A DNA stretch of 64,000 nucleotides from Leucoraja ocellata (Eukaryota), in assembly GCA_036785375.1 (NCBI GenBank), contig JAWMAR010000478.1:186001-250000 (forward strand), given 5' to 3'. Position numbers and translations under genes: made by a program. Below the pieces are notes generated by a model, which searched no databases, had not been told where the DNA came from, and was given only the letters and a program-made list of their open reading frames with translations. Positions 1 through 13,296 of the stretch are shown here, in pieces (position 1 is the first letter of the stretch; each line of letters begins with the position of its first letter).

Positions 1-2293
1 TAGTTCCCGGGATGGCGGGACTGTCATATGTTGATAAAATGAAGTGGCTGGGCATGAAAACAGGCCCATATCCGTGTAAACATCCTCTCACAGAGTTATA
101 GTGATACATTGTGGAAACAGGCCCTTTGGCCCAACTTGTCCACACCAGCCAACATGCCCCAGCTACACTAGTCCCACCTGCCTGTGCTTGGTCCATATCC
201 CTGCAAACCAGTCCTATCCATGCACCTGTATAACTGTTTTGTAAATGTCGGGATAGTCACCGCCTCAATGACCTCTAATCCTCTCATGATTTATGCACTA
301 CTATAAGACTACGTTACAGTTTAGTTTATTGTCATGTTTACCGAGCTACAGTGAAAAGCTTTTGTTGTGTGCTAACCAGTCAGTGTACAGACCACACATG
401 ATTACAATCAAGCTGTTTACAGCGTTTAGATACACGATAAGGGAATAATGTTTAGTGCAAGGTAAAGGCAGCAAAGTTCGATCAAGGATAGACCGAGGGT
501 CAACAATGAGGTAGATAGTAGTTCAACGCTGCTCTCTGGTTGTGGTGGGATGGTTCAAGGTGTATCTGTGGTGCGTTTAGTTCAGTTTAGCTTATTGTCC
601 CGTGTACCGAGGTACAGTGAAAAGCTTTAGTTGTGTGCTAACCGTAAAAAAACTGCATAAAGTTGTGGACACAGCCCAGACCATCGCACAATCCAACCTC
701 CCTACCATCGACTCCATCTACACCTCACGCTGCCTCGACAAGGTCAGCAGCATTATCAAGGGCCAGTCTCACCCCGGCCACTCCTCTTCTCAAGGGCGGA
801 AATCTCTTTTAATACATGGGGGGGGGGACACAATTTCCTGGCGGCCCAAAGACAACACAATGTCTACGACAAGCTGCACCTAGTCGACGATTAATATGGT
901 TTAATCTACAATTTGAGTGGGAGAAGGGAAAATCAGAAATGTCAGCAGCATTTAGAAGGATGAGAGGCAATCTTATTGAAACATGTAAGATTGTGAAGGG
1001 ATTGGACACTAGGGGCAGGAACCATGTTCCCGATGTTGGGGGAGTCCAGAACCAGGGTCAACAATTTAAGAATAAGGGGTCGGCTGGTTAGCACACAACA
1101 AAAGCTTTTCACTGTAGCTCGGTAAACATGACAATAAACTAAACTGTAATGTAGTCTTATAGTAGAGTATAAATCATGAGAGGACACTGCTCTAGGAAGG
1201 AAGCTGAAAGGGTGCAGAGAAGATTCAAGACAATAGACAATAGGTGCAGGAGTAGGGCATTCGGCCCTTCAAGCCAGCACCGCCATTCAATGTGATCATG
1301 GCTGATCATCCACATGCAGTACCCCGTTCATGTCTTCTCACCATATCCCTTGACTCCGCTATCTTTAAGAGCTGTATCTAACTGTCTCTTGAAAGCATCC
1401 ATTGAATTGGCCTCCACTGCTTTCTGAGGCAGAGAATTCCACAGATTCACAATTCTCTGGGTAAAAACGTTTCTCCTCATCTCCGTTTTAAATGGCCGAC
1501 CCCTTATTCTTAAACTGTTGACCCTTGTGACACTAGTCCCACCTGCCTGTGCTTGGTCCATATCCCTGCAAACCAGTCCTATCCATGTACCTGTATAACT
1601 GTTTTGTAAATGTTGGGATAGTCTCTGCCTCAACGACCTCCTCTGGCAGCACATTCCATACACCCACCACCCACTGTGTGGAAAAGTTTCCCCTTAGATT
1701 CCTATTAAATCTTTTCCCCCTCACCTTAAACCTATGCTTTCTGATGTTCGATTCCCCTACTCTGGACAAGAGACTCTGTGCATCTACCCGATCTAATCCT
1801 CTCATGATTTATACACTACTATACGACTATGTTACAGTTTAGTTTATTGTCATGTTTACCGAGCTACAGTGAAAAGCTTTTGTTGTGTGCTAACCAGTCA
1901 GTGTACAGACCATACATGATTACAATCAAGCTGTTTACAGTATTTAGATACATGATAAGGGAACTGGTGTGAAAACGCACATCTCCAGATTCAGGGACAG
2001 TTTCTTCCCAGCTGTTATCAGGCCATTCTACCACAATTAGGGAGCAGTCCTGAACTACTATCTACCTCATTGGTGACCCTCGGACTATCTTTGATCGGAC
2101 TTTACTGGCTTTACCTTGCAGTAAACGTTATTCCCTTTGTTCTGTATCTGTACACTGTGGACGGCTCGATTGTAATCATGTATTGCCTTTCCGCTGACTG
2201 GATAGTACGACACAAAAGCTTTTCACTGTACCTCGTTACACGTGACAATAAATTAAACTGTAAAAACTGAAAACACACCTCTTGTTTTTACAG

Positions 2294-2390
2294 ATAAAGG
2301 CTTCAGTATTTGGAAGGCAGTTTTGCTTACAGCAGGGATAATACTGATGGCTGTGCTAGCTGGATTCATCATCTACAAGTATATACTGCG
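2294..2390 (+). CDS. Paralog B (plus strand, 5' exons outside window): TM exon DKGFSIWKAVLLTAGIILMAVLAGFIIYKYILR
   Basis: Inverted copy of 28935-29031 with intact tttttacag/gtaagt sites and 3 nt differences. Confidence 0.82.
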
Positions 2391-3311
2391 GTAAGTTTAA
2401 ATAAATCCACATTTTTACTTCCAAATCCATCTCTTTGTCATCTGCTTATGACTGCTTCTGCCAGGCTAACTCCTGTTCACAGACACAAAGTGCTGGAGTA
2501 ACTCAGCAGGTCAGGCAGCATCTCTGGAGAACATGGACAGGTACAAAGTGCTGGAGTAACTCAGAAGGTCAGGCAGCATCTCTGGGGATTCAGGAATAGG
2601 TGACATTTCGGGTCGGGACCTTCTTCAGACTAAAAGGTTGAGAAAGTTAGACCAAATCAGAGCCAGCGACAGATGGCCTTTAGACTGTTGTGAGCCATTT
2701 TGGGCCCCATATCTGAGGGAGGATGTGGCTCTGGAGAGGGTCCAAAGGATGTTTACGAGAATTATTAACATATGATGAGTGTTTGACACTTACTGGGCCT
2801 GTAGTAGCTGGAGTTCAGAAGGATGAGGGGTAAACCTCATTGATATTTAATGAATAGTGAATGGCCTGGATAGAGTGGATGTGGAGAGGATGTTTCCACT
2901 AGTGGGAGAGTGAGTTTAGGACCAGAGGCCACAGCCTTAGAATTAAAGGACTACCTTTAGGAAGCAGAGTAGGTGTTTCTTCAGTCAGAGGGTGGTGAAT
3001 CTGTGTAATTCTTTGCCACAGAAGGCTGTGGAGGCCAAGCCAATCAATATGTTTAAGGCAGAGATAGATAGGTTATTGATCAGTACGGGTGTCAGGGGTT
3101 ATGGGGAAAAAGGCAGGAGAATGGGATTAGGAGGAAGAGTTAGATCAGCCATGATTGAATGGCAGAGTAGACTTGATGGGCCGAATGACTTCATTCTGCT
3201 CCTATCATTAATGACCTCACGACTTTATGACCAACGTCTAATACAACTGCAACTTTGTACTTGGACTTTGCTGATGTGCTGTAAACTTGGTGTGATCTTC
3301 TGTTGCTGCAG

Positions 3312-3378
3312 GAGGGAAGATGCTTCAGGAAACCAAGACATCAATGTGATCTACTGCCCACAATCTGCCACCAATCAG
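3312..3378 (+). CDS. Paralog B: cytoplasmic exon 1 (REDASGNQDINVIYCPQSATNQ)
   Basis: Inverted copy of 27944-28010 with intact splice sites and 1 nt difference. Confidence 0.78.
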
Positions 3379-4670
3379 GTAGTGGAACTTTGTATTTAAT
3401 CTCAACTACAGATGATACAAACGTGGGTACAAAAAGCTGGAGTAACTCAGTGGAACAGGCAGAATCTCTGGAGAGAAGGAACAGGTGACGTTTCGGTCGA
3501 GACTCGAGGGGCCTGAGCTACAGGGAGAGGTTGAGCAGGCTGGGACTTTATTCCTTGGAGCGCAGGGGGATGAGGGGTGATCTTATAGATGTGTATAAAA
3601 TCATGAGAGGAATAGATCGGGTAGATGCACAGAGACTCTTGCCCAGAGTAGGGGAATCGAGGACCAGAGGACATAGGTTCAAGGTGAAGAGGGGAAAAAA
3701 TTTAAGGGGTTACTTTTTCACACAAAGGGTGGTGCGTGTATGGAACGAGCTGCTGGAGGAGGTAGTTGAGGCTGGGACTATCCCAACGTTTAAGAAACAG
3801 TTAGAAAGGTACATGGACCAAGCGCAGGCAGGTGGGACCAGTGTAGCTGGGCCATGTTGGCCGGTGTGGGCAAGTTGGGCAGAAGGGCCTGTTTCCACAA
3901 TGTGTGACTCTATATAGATGATGATGTACAGAGAGATAAAGAACAATGAATGAAAGATAGATGTAAACAAAGTAACGATGATAAAGGAAACAGGCCACTG
4001 TTAGTGGTTTGTTGGGTGAAAACGAGAAGCTGGTGAGACTTGGGTGGGGGAGGGATGGAGAGAGAGGGAATACAGGGCTACCTCAAGTGAGGGAAATCAA
4101 TGTTCATATCACTGGGCTGTAAGCCGCCCAAACGGAATATGTGACGCTGGTCCTCCAATTTGTGTTTAGCCTCACTCTGTCAATGGAGGCGACCGAGGAC
4201 AGAAAGGTCAGTGTGGGAAGGGGAATTAAAGTATTTAGCAACCGGGGGTATGAATATTGATTTATCTAACTATGTGAGAGTGTGTGGGTGTGAGAGTGGG
4301 TGTGAGAGAGAGAGAAAGTTGGAGAGAGGGGGAGACGGGGCGAGAGAGGGAGAGAGAGAGAGTGGGTGAAACTGCGAGTGTGAGAGACACAGTGCCTGAG
4401 TGTGAGCAAGTGAGAGAAAGAGGAGAGGGAGAAAGGGGGAGAGAGAAAGTGTGAAACTGCGAGGGAGAGGGAGAGGGAGGGAGAGAGAAAGTGAGAGGGG
4501 GAGAGAGAAGGAGAGCGAGAGTGTGTGAGAGGAGAACATCAACAACATGGCTGAACCTGGGTCTGTGGGAGTACAGGAGTTGTGAACCTTCTCACTGATG
4601 GTATTAAATGCCGGGCCACACTGCTCTGTACTAAACCCAGAACTGCCCGTCTGCTTCCCTTTCCTTCCAG

Positions 4671-4862
4671 AGCACGGGGAGTGGAGAGAACGGGCCGGCC
4701 CCAGTGGAGCGGAAAGAAGGAGGGGAATCAGGAGAGGGGGAAGAGCAAGCGGTCGTGTACGCCAACATGCAGGAGGTGCTGAGCAGCGGAGCCACCGGGC
4801 ACAGTGGCGAGGGGGTGGAATACGCGGAGCTCTGGTTCCAGTCCAAGAAGGGGAAGGGGTAG
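4671..4862 (+). CDS. Paralog B: terminal ITIM exon (STGSG...VVYANM...VEYAELWFQSKKGKG*)
   Basis: Inverted copy of 26467-26658, with acceptor ttccttccag and TAG at 4860-4862. It differs by 4 nt. Confidence 0.82.
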   Translation, partial: STGSGENGPAPVERKEGGESGEGEEQAVVYANMQEVLSSGATGHSGEGVEYAELWFQSKKGKG

Positions 4863-6902
4863 GTGGGAGGATGGAGGGAGGGGTGGTGAGGAGGGAGAGG
4901 CGATGGGGAGAGAGCGCTGCACCAGCCTTAACTACCTTGGGTTTCATAGATTAATTAACCCTCTGTAGATGAAATAGTGGGATAACATAGAACTATTGTG
5001 TGAACGGATGACCGATGGTCGGTGCGGACTCGGTGGGCTGAAGGGCCTGTTTCCCCGCTGTATCTCTTTAAAAAAGCCTTTGTTCTTTAGAACCCAGACT
5101 GTTCCGCAGGTAAATATTGATTTTTTTTTTTTCTTTTTAAAGAATAGAATAAGAAAAAAAAGTTAGATAGTAAAGGATAGAAAGATGTGAAATATATAGC
5201 GTGTGAAGAAAGAAAACGAGTAAATGAAGAAAGTTGAGAGAGAAAATAGAGAAAAGAAAATAAAATAAAAAAGAAAAGGAGATCATTATTTATAATCTTG
5301 ACCAACCCTCGTCCAGTCCTGAAACAGTTATTTTTTACAATTGTGTTGCACCATATGATTAAAAAAAAACAACGAATGGAGACCAACTCGTTATGAATTG
5401 GTCTGATTTATCCATTAGGAGGAATCGCATTTCCTCAAGATGAGCGGTGTCCAACATACTTGCAATCCACATTTTAAGCGTTGGTATTGATGTACCCTTC
5501 CAAAATTTAAGTATTAATTTTTTTGCTATTATTTAACCATAGTTAAGGAATAGATTTTGAGATGTGTTCAATTTATTCCCATCTTCCATTACACCAAATA
5601 TAACCATTTCAGTATTAGGTTCCATTCTTGTCTTGAATAATTTTGTAAATATTTCAAAAATATAATTCCAAAATCTATAAAGTTTTATGCAGGAAACTAA
5701 GGAGTGTGTTATAGTTGCCTTTTGGGCTAGACATTTATCACAAGTGGCGGATATATTTGGATAAAATTTGTTCAATCTTGTTTTTGAATAATATAATCTA
5801 TTTACAATTTTAAATTGAATTAGATTATTTGAATTCTATATCCAGAAAATGACCCAAATTCCTCTATTAAGTTTAATAAATTTGGTATGCTCGTTTGTGA
5901 CTTTGTAATGTATAAAAGTATATCGTCTGCATATAATGAGATTTTATTCTTTGAGTCCCTGGTATTATAGCCCTGAATATTCGGATGAATTCTTCTACTT
6001 TCAGCCAGGGGTTCTAACATAAGGGCAAATAGCAGGGGTGATAGTGAACATCCTTGCCTATTACCCTTTGATAGTTGAAATTTTTGAGATAACATGTTAT
6101 TAGTTAAAATTCTTGCCATCGGTTTATCATATAATAATTTTACCCATGTTATAAAATTCCCAAATTAAATTTTTGTAGTACTTTATATAAGTATTGCCAC
6201 TGTACCTGATCAAATGCTTTCTCTGCATCCAAAGAAATAATTGATATATCTTCTTCCTCTACTTTATGCGAGTACATTATATTAAACAGGCGTCTCAGAT
6301 TATTAAATGAGTATCTTTTAGGTATAAACCCTGTTTGATCAGGGTTTATCAATTTACTAATATATTTGCTTAATCTTCTTGCTAAAATATTTGTTAAAAT
6401 TTTCTGATCTGTATTTAAAAGTGATATAGCTCTGTACGAGCCCGGATCTTCTAAATCTTTATCTTTTTTTTTGGAATAAGCGTAATAGTTGATTCTGTTA
6501 GTGTTTCAGGTAGTTTGTTTTCTTTAAAAGCATGGGAGTATAAATTAAATAAATAAGGGGTCGTTATCTCCTGAAATTTTTTATAAAATTCATTATTAAA
6601 ACCATCTGGTCCCGGTGTCTTACCATTTTTCAGCGATTTTATTGGGGTAACTATTAACATTGACAATAATTGCTTCTATCAAATGATAGTCTGTTAAACA
6701 GTCTTTACCTGCAGTTACAAAATCCACTCGTAGCTATTAAAGATATATTTTGAGAATCCTGTGGGATTGTTGCTAATGCTATTCTGAAGCTCTTGCTCTT
6801 GTAGCACCATGTTCTATAACAAGTTTCATAGCAAGCAGCTCTCTGTGTGGCATTGGTGAGTAATAATAATAATGAAATGCAGACGCTGGAAATCTGACAA
6901 AG

Positions 6903-7590
6903 GGCGGCACGGTGGCGCAGCGGTAGAGTTGCTGCCTCGCAGCGCCAGAGACCCGGATTCGATCCTGACTACAGGTGCTGTCTGTGCGGATTTTGTACGT
7001 TCTCCCCGTGACCTGTGTGGGTTTTCTCCGGGATCTTCGGTTTCCTCCCACACCCCACAGATGGGCTGGTTTGTAGGTTAATTGGCTTGCTGTAAATGTA
7101 CATTGTCCCTGCTTACCCACCACACCACCTCCAGGTCCCACAGATCGGCAGACTTGGGGTTACTGAACATCCTGCGGTCTAGGCATAAGCTCAGGGGCCA
7201 CCGTGCCTTTGCGGTTGCAGCTCCGTGACTGTGGAACAGCATCCCTCTTCCCATCAGAACTGCCCCCTCCATCGACTCTTTTAAGTCGAGAGTTAAAACG
7301 CATCTTTACTCTCAAGCCTTTCTTGTCATCCCCTGAGGGCGGGCTATATGTATGAATTTATGTATGTACTTAATCTATGAACCACTGTTGTATAACGTTA
7401 GTACCTCCACCAATGTAAAGCACTTTGGTCAACGAGAGTTGTTTGTTAAATGTGCTATAGAAATAAAAGTGACTTGGCTTGACTTGACTTTGTGTGTGTA
7501 GTGTGCGGGGATCGCTGGTCGGCGCTGACTCGATGGGCCGAAGGTCCTGTTTCCGCGCTGTGTCTCTAAACTACACTAAACTAAACTAAT
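6903..7590 (+). mobile_element. HE1-type tRNA-derived SINE interrupted by an L2 3' fragment (7115-7489); representative of many copies (e.g. 18050-18290, 37360-37665, 40865, 47297, 57550-57845, 62680-62940)
   Basis: Pol III A box TGGCGCAGCGG, B-box-like GGATTCGATCC and a (CTAAA)n tail. The L2 piece encodes RAFAVAAP.LWNSIP and ends in (GACTT)n. Confidence 0.8.
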
Positions 7591-8874
7591 CAGTCATGGT
7601 CATCTAATAGTGGAGCAGGTGCAAGATTAATCCTGATACTATTTTTATATCATTACATGTTTTCTGCAGAGGATTTGGATTTGTTGCATTTGCAAACAAA
7701 GAGATTAAAATGCTGAACCATTACAGTCACATGTCTCAGAATTATGTTTTACACATCTCTTTTATTTGATTTTTGTCTCCTAATTTGAGGAAGGACATTC
7801 TTGCTATTGAGGCAGTGCAGCGTAGGTTCACCAGGTTAATTCCCGTGATGGTGGGACTGACATATGATGAAAGAATGTATCGACTGGGCTTGTATTCACT
7901 GGAATTTAGAAGGATGAGTGGGGACCTTATAGAAACATATACATCCTTAAGGGATTGGACAGTAATGCAGGGAAAATGTTCCCGATATTGGGGGGAGTCC
8001 AGAACTAGGGGTCACAGTTTAAGAATATGGGGTCAGCCATTTAGGACTGAGATGAGGAAAATCGTTTTCACCCAGAGAGTTGTGAATCTGGGAATTCTCT
8101 GCCACAGAAGGCAGTGGAGGCCAATTCACCTGATGTTTTCAAGAGTTAGATTTAGCTCTTTGGGCTAACGGAATGAAGGGATATGGGGAGAAAACAGGAA
8201 CGGGGTACTGATTTTGGATGGTCAGCCATGATCATATTGAGTGGCGGTGCTGGCACGAATGGCCGAATGACCTACTCCTGCACGTATGTTCTGTTTCCTC
8301 GCTGTGTCTCTAAACTAAACTAAAGCCTTCCGATTCCATTCCCATCTGAATATCTTGTAAAAGTCGCGATTGTGTCCTTTCAAAAGATTCAATTTTTTAA
8401 ATTTCAAAATATACTTTATTTGAGAAATAAATATATCCAATAGATGATCCTTACAACACTCCATCCAACATTCTTGGAGCCTATACATACTTTCAATAAT
8501 GTTTACACAAATTACACAAATTTATCCCCCACCCTTGCCACTCATGTGGCCCACTGGCATGGAATCCCTTCCCATATTTTTGAGGGGCGTCTCCACCACA
8601 CCCTGCCCCCCATGTCCAGCAGCGGAAGGAACCTAGACTGTGGTCCTCCCTCACTAAGAAATTTTTTTATATCAAAAAATGTAATCAATTATTAAAAATA
8701 ATATTTACAATACAATGAAACAAACCAGATCCCACCCCCATAATACAAGAGCAACAAATATACTAAATAAGCGACTATACAACTATGTTACAATCCTTGT
8801 CAAGGATGCATTCCACCCCCCGCCGTGCCCAACGGAGCGGCAAATCCCCCTGGTTGCCCGTGGACAGTGTGTAG

Positions 8875-9265
8875 CAAAGATCCTATAGCGAGTAAGATCG
8901 TCCACTCGACCAAAAGACATAGTACGGTCATGGGCATATTCATGGGTAATTTAAGGCCCCATTCCCGTAACCGGCTTCCGTCTCCGCACCACAGATCCCA
9001 TAGGTTAATAGTGCGATGACGGAAGCCGGTTACGGAAACATCCTCGTAAAAATAAAAGTTAGTTGGTAAAAATCTTCTTATTTTGAGAATTTTAATATAT
9101 TAACACAAACTGATCCCCCGCAGCGTTGATTACACTGCGAGTCGGGTCGGGTCCGGTTACGGAAATGGATGAAAAAAAGGCCCACGTTCCGTTCCGTTGC
9201 GGACTACACGTCAGCCCATTGTATTTAGCAGGAGTGGTCTATCTTGCTCCGCTATAGGATCTTTG
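8875..9265. mobile_element. hAT-like MITE (mirror copy 20967-21355)
   Basis: Imperfect TIRs of about 30 bp beginning CAAAGATCCTATAGCG. The 8-bp TSD is GTGTGTAG (8867-8874) / GTGCGTAG (9266-9273). Confidence 0.82.
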
Positions 9266-10309
9266 GTGCGTAGTCCCTCTCTAACACCACCCGGGCACGG
9301 ACGTAACCCCGGAAAAGGGGCAGGCAGCTGGCTCGGGCAGAGCCCTCTTCTGCCTGACCCAGTGACTCGAGGATGGCCAGCTTGGCCAGGCCCAGGAGCA
9401 ACCCAACCAGGACATCTTCAGCCCTACTCTCTCCCCCATGCACAGGGTGTCCAAAGATGATGATGGTGGGTGAGAAATGCAGCCAGAAGGCAAGTAGCAG
9501 CAGCTTTAGATATTGGAACAGGGGATGCAGTCTCACACACACACACACGTGGCTCACAGATTCTTCCAGCCCACAAAAGTGGCAGGCGGCTGGTGAGTCT
9601 GTGAACCGCGAGAGAAACAGGTTGCAGGGGACTCCGGTGCAATACCCAGCACCCCAGGTCCCCGATGTACAGGGGGAGAATCCCTGCGTAGAGGGACCCC
9701 CCCCCCCCACCGAGCCTTGGCGTTGGCTACACCAAGCTTCAGTGTGTACCTCAGCACGTACTCCTGCAGTCTGCAGCGGGCCAGTCAGCAACATTCTCCG
9801 ACAGACATCCCGCTCCGCTGGGTGGTCAACAAAGCTCGTGCAGACCAAAGGGCGTCTTTCACCGAGTTGATGACCTTCCAGCAGCACTCGATGTCAGTCT
9901 CTGAATGTGTCCCTGGGAACAGTCTGTAAATCACAGAGTCCTCTGTGACGGAGCTGTTCAGAATAAATCGTGACAGGGACCCTTGCAAACCTCTCCAGAC
10001 TCTCTTTGCAAATCCACACTCTGCAACGAGGTGGGCAACCGTCTCCTCTCCATAGCAGCCGTCCCAAGGGCAGCGTGCGCTGGTAGTGAGGTTCCGACGG
10101 TGCAGGAAGGATCTGACTGGGAGGGGTCCCCTCACTGCCAGCCAAGCCAGGTCTTGGTGCTTGTTGTTGAGTTCTGGCGATGAAGCATTTCGCCAGACAA
10201 GCTGGGCAGTCTGCTCTGGGAACCACGCCACAAGATCCATGGAGTCATTTTTCTGCAGTGCCTGCAGATCGTTCCGTGCTGACCACTGCGATGGACTTGT
10301 GGTCAATGG

Positions 10310-10880
10310 CAATAGTGAATAATCCTTCATTTAAACCATCTCTTACCAATAAAACATAACCAATGGGAAAGAATGGGAATTAAAAGGATCGGCGATATGT
10401 ATGAAATGGGAACTCTGTTATCATTCCAACAATTGCAATTAAAATTTGTTGAAAAATAGCCAATATTTTAAATATCTTCAGATCTGCGATTTCATGAAGA
10501 AATATATACAAAGACATCAAACTATAATTTTAGACCCACTGGAAGAAGCAATGAATATTAAGGCTGACTCACAGAAATTAATATCATATTTATATAATTG
10601 TATTTTAAGTATAGAACTACCATCGACAGAGAGAAGATTGAGAACGAGAATTATTGATAAAAATCACGAAAAAAACAGTATTTGATATATATACACATGA
10701 ATTTTCGATGAATGTAAGACATAACTTAATTCAATTCAAAATTTTACATAGATTATATTATTCAAAAACTAGACTGAATACATTTAATCCAAATACTTCT
10801 CCCATTTGTGACAAATGTTTATCTCAAAATGCCACTATAACACATTATTTTGTTTCCTGCATAAATCTCCATAAATTCTG
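10310..10880 (+). mobile_element. Internal L1 ORF2 fragment without poly-A
   Basis: Diverged homolog of 25060-25650 (YFKYLQICDF, NVRHNLIQFKILHRLY, CDKC). Confidence 0.85.
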
Positions 10881-12353
10881 ATGACCAAGTTCTTTCCCGT
10901 TATAGAGAGTGAGCGTTGCTTCCACAGCTCCAGTTTCTTCCCAACCTTGGCTATCACTCCAGCATAATCTTGTCACATGCCTCAGCCCCCTCGAACCAGA
11001 TCCCCAGCACCTTCAGGCTTGATGGTGAAGGGGACGGAAGATCGGTCGGGCCAGTTGCCAAAGAGCAAGGCCTCGCTCTCCCTGCGGTTCACCCTGGCTC
11101 CCGTGGCCGACTCAAACTGGTCGCAGATGCTGATCAATCTGCGGACCGACCTTGGATCCGAGCAGAAGACGGCGACATCGTCCATGTACAGGGAGGTTTT
11201 GACCCGAGTGCCCCCACTGCCTGGCAATGTCACTCCTCTTATGCTCGCATCCTGCCTGATGGACTCGGCAAAACCTTCAATACAACAGACGAACAAGACA
11301 GGGGAGAGAGGGCAACCTTGCCTGACTCCAGACCTGACGGGGAAACTGTCTGATTCCCACCCATTGATTTGGACTGCACTACAGATATCGGTGTAGAGCA
11401 GTTAGATCCAATTCCTGATTCTCTTCCCAAAGCCCATTTTGGAGAGCACGTCCCTCATGTGCATGTGCGATGTCCTGTCGAAGGCCTTCTCCTGGTCCAA
11501 GCTGACTAGGCAGGCATCCACCTGTCTGTCCTGCATGTAGGCGATGGTATCCCTCAGCAGCGCCAGGCTGTCTGAGATTTTCCTGCCAGGTACAGCACAG
11601 GTTTGGTCCGGGTGGATCACCCATCCCAGGGCAGTCTTGACCCGGTTGGCGATGGCCTTAGACAGGATCTTGTAATCAACATTCAATAATGTGATGGGTC
11701 TCCAATTCCTTATATCATTCATCTCCTCCTTCTGCTGTAGATTAGGGTGATGCTGCCCTTCCTCATAGAGTCTGACATGCTGCCGGCTAGAAGCATGTGG
11801 TTGTACACTTCCAGCAGGTCCGGGCCCACCCAGTCCCACAGAGCCCAATACAACTCGGCCGGTAAGCCATCGCTTCTGGGAGTTTTATTCGAGTCAATGG
11901 AACGGATGGATCCAGTCAGCTCCTCTATGGTCAATGGTTGGTCCAGATTCTCCCGCTTGCTGTCCTCCAAGACCTCCGTGATGGAGGACAGGAAGTTCTG
12001 GGAGGCGGTGCTGTCTGTGGCCTTTCTGTAGCACAAATCCGTGTAAAAGGATGTGCAGATCCTCAGCATGTCCGTCTGTGAGGATGTTACCGAGCCGTCC
12101 TCCTCCCTAAGGCTGTTGATCACAGAGCTCCCCCTGTGAACCTTACGGAAGAAGAAACGTGAGCACGTCTCATCCTGCTCCACATGGCGGACCCTGGATC
12201 AGAAGATGATCTTGGAGGATTCGCAGGTAAAGAGACAAGTTTGCCGGACCTTCTACTTTCTAAGTTCCTCCCTCACATCCCCCCTCTCGACTGCAGAAGG
12301 AGCAGTTGCTACAAATCTGTCTGGAGTTGTCACAATTCCCTCTGACTCTGTCT

Positions 12354-13296
12354 AGAATATAGAATACATTTATTGTCATTACACAATACTGTGCAACAAA
12401 ATCCATTGCATCTCCTTCAGTTTAAAAATAACAAAACACAACAGCCATTGACTCACATATACACAAACCAGTAAATAAATAGGTATTAAAAATATTTTAA
12501 AGGTTATTTCGCATTATCTTGCACCACAAATTATATTGTGCTTTCCCCAGTGTTCTCTGTTAGAGTTAAGTTCTTTTATCACACATGGGTAGAAACTATT
12601 TTTTAGTCTCCAGAGACCTGTATCACCTCCCAGAGGGTAGCAGAGTGAAAAGGTGATTGGCAGGGTGTGATGTGCCCTGTTTGATGTTTGTGGCCTGGCG
12701 CAAGCATCGGGCCGTGTATATGTCATCCAGGGAGGGTAGTTGAGCGTTTGTGCTGCTCTGTGCAGTTTTTATAACTCTCTGCAGCGCCCTCCTCTCAGCC
12801 ACAGTGCAGCTAGCAAACCACACCAGGATGCCATAGGAGAGGATACTTTCCACTGCCCACAGGTAGAAGGACAGCAGCAGCGACTGTGAAACGTTTGCTC
12901 TCCGCAGAGACCTCAGGAAATACAGCCGCTGCTGTGACTTCTTCACCAGAGTGACGGTGTTCATTTGCCATTTGAGGTCCTGGGAGATGTATATTCCCAG
13001 AAACTTAAAGTCAGTGACTCTCTCCACCATGTCTCCTTTGATGCAGAGAGGAGCAGGTTCCACTCTCCTCCTGCTGAAGTCAACAACCAGTTCTTTTGTT
13101 TTGGTTGGATTGAGTACCAGGTTATGTTTAGTGCACCAGACAGTCAGTTTTTGGACTTCATCTCTGTAGGCAGACTCGTCGTTGTAATTTATCAGCCCCA
13201 CCACAGTCGTGTCATCCGCAAACTTGATGATCCGGTTTGTGCTGTGTGTTGGTGTGCAGTCATAGGTGTATCATGTGTATAAGATGGGAATCAGCA
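12354..13296 (-). mobile_element. Rex1/Babar-like LINE 3' fragment nested in Tx1
   Basis: KFADDT, LNPTKTKELVVDF and QQRLYFLRSL motifs; flanked by CTGTCT at 12348-12353 and 13297-13302. Confidence 0.82.

Noticed and set aside
4270-4954. 225-aa minus and 118-aa plus ORFs (and mirror 26382-26756)
   Set aside because: They are shadow frames. The real coding frame is 4671-4862, defined by splice phase and ITIM motifs.
6715-6855. Extra plus-strand exon bounded by ctgcag and gtgagt
   Set aside because: It has stops in all three frames, and the donor is absent in the mirror arm.
6903-6975. tRNA gene
   Set aside because: It is the tRNA-derived head of a multi-copy SINE with no complete cloverleaf.
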